From contig JAQUMS010000001.1 in the NCBI GenBank assembly GCA_028717985.1, positions 1 to 26,844 of the forward strand: a stretch of 26,844 nucleotides of DNA. Reading direction: 5' to 3'. This document shows positions 26,843 to 26,844 of this stretch, one piece after another. Source of the DNA: Candidatus Omnitrophota bacterium. GTDB lineage: Bacteria; Omnitrophota; Gorgyraeia; Gygaellales; Profunditerraquicolaceae. The notes beneath the pieces were generated by a model. The model was given only the letters and a program-made list of their open reading frames with translations, was not told the origin of the DNA and did not search any database. Each line of letters begins with the position of its first letter. Positions within the stretch are counted from its first letter, which is position 1. The position numbers and the translations under genes were made by a program.

Positions 26843-26844
26843 CC

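Overview
The whole window is an internal piece of one giant minus-strand gene. I translated the frame by hand (codons at 2..26842, 8,947 aa) and found no stop codon. It is open at both window edges, which is probably why the supplied ORF track misses it; the track's short ORFs are shadows of this gene. The protein is a string of modules separated by 17 Asp-Gly-Gly (DGG) tripeptides that fall at domain boundaries. In coding order (right to left): tail of an upstream YvcK module | pseudo-HAD + YvcK/GlmR(CofD) copy A | TM + YdcF/DUF218 | heptamer-repeat linkers | HEAT-like helical module | phosphoglucose isomerase-like (with a duplicated C-terminal half) | pseudo-HAD + YvcK copy B | 2H phosphoesterase + HAD with rearranged motif order | YvcK copy C with a beta-rich insertion | two unknown modules | alpha-glucan phosphorylase (GT35)-like domain lacking the PLP lysine | eight ~90-aa repeats | VTC2/GDPGP1-type GDP-hexose phosphorylase | GT5 glycogen synthase | start of a membrane domain. 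DNA-level near-identical tracts abut the DGG codons, which points to module shuffling or conversion at these junctions. The architecture is consistent with the giant proteins known from Omnitrophota, but the taxon is an inference. No RNA genes, CRISPR arrays or transposases were seen. All domain calls come from motif recognition by eye and need HMM or structure confirmation.
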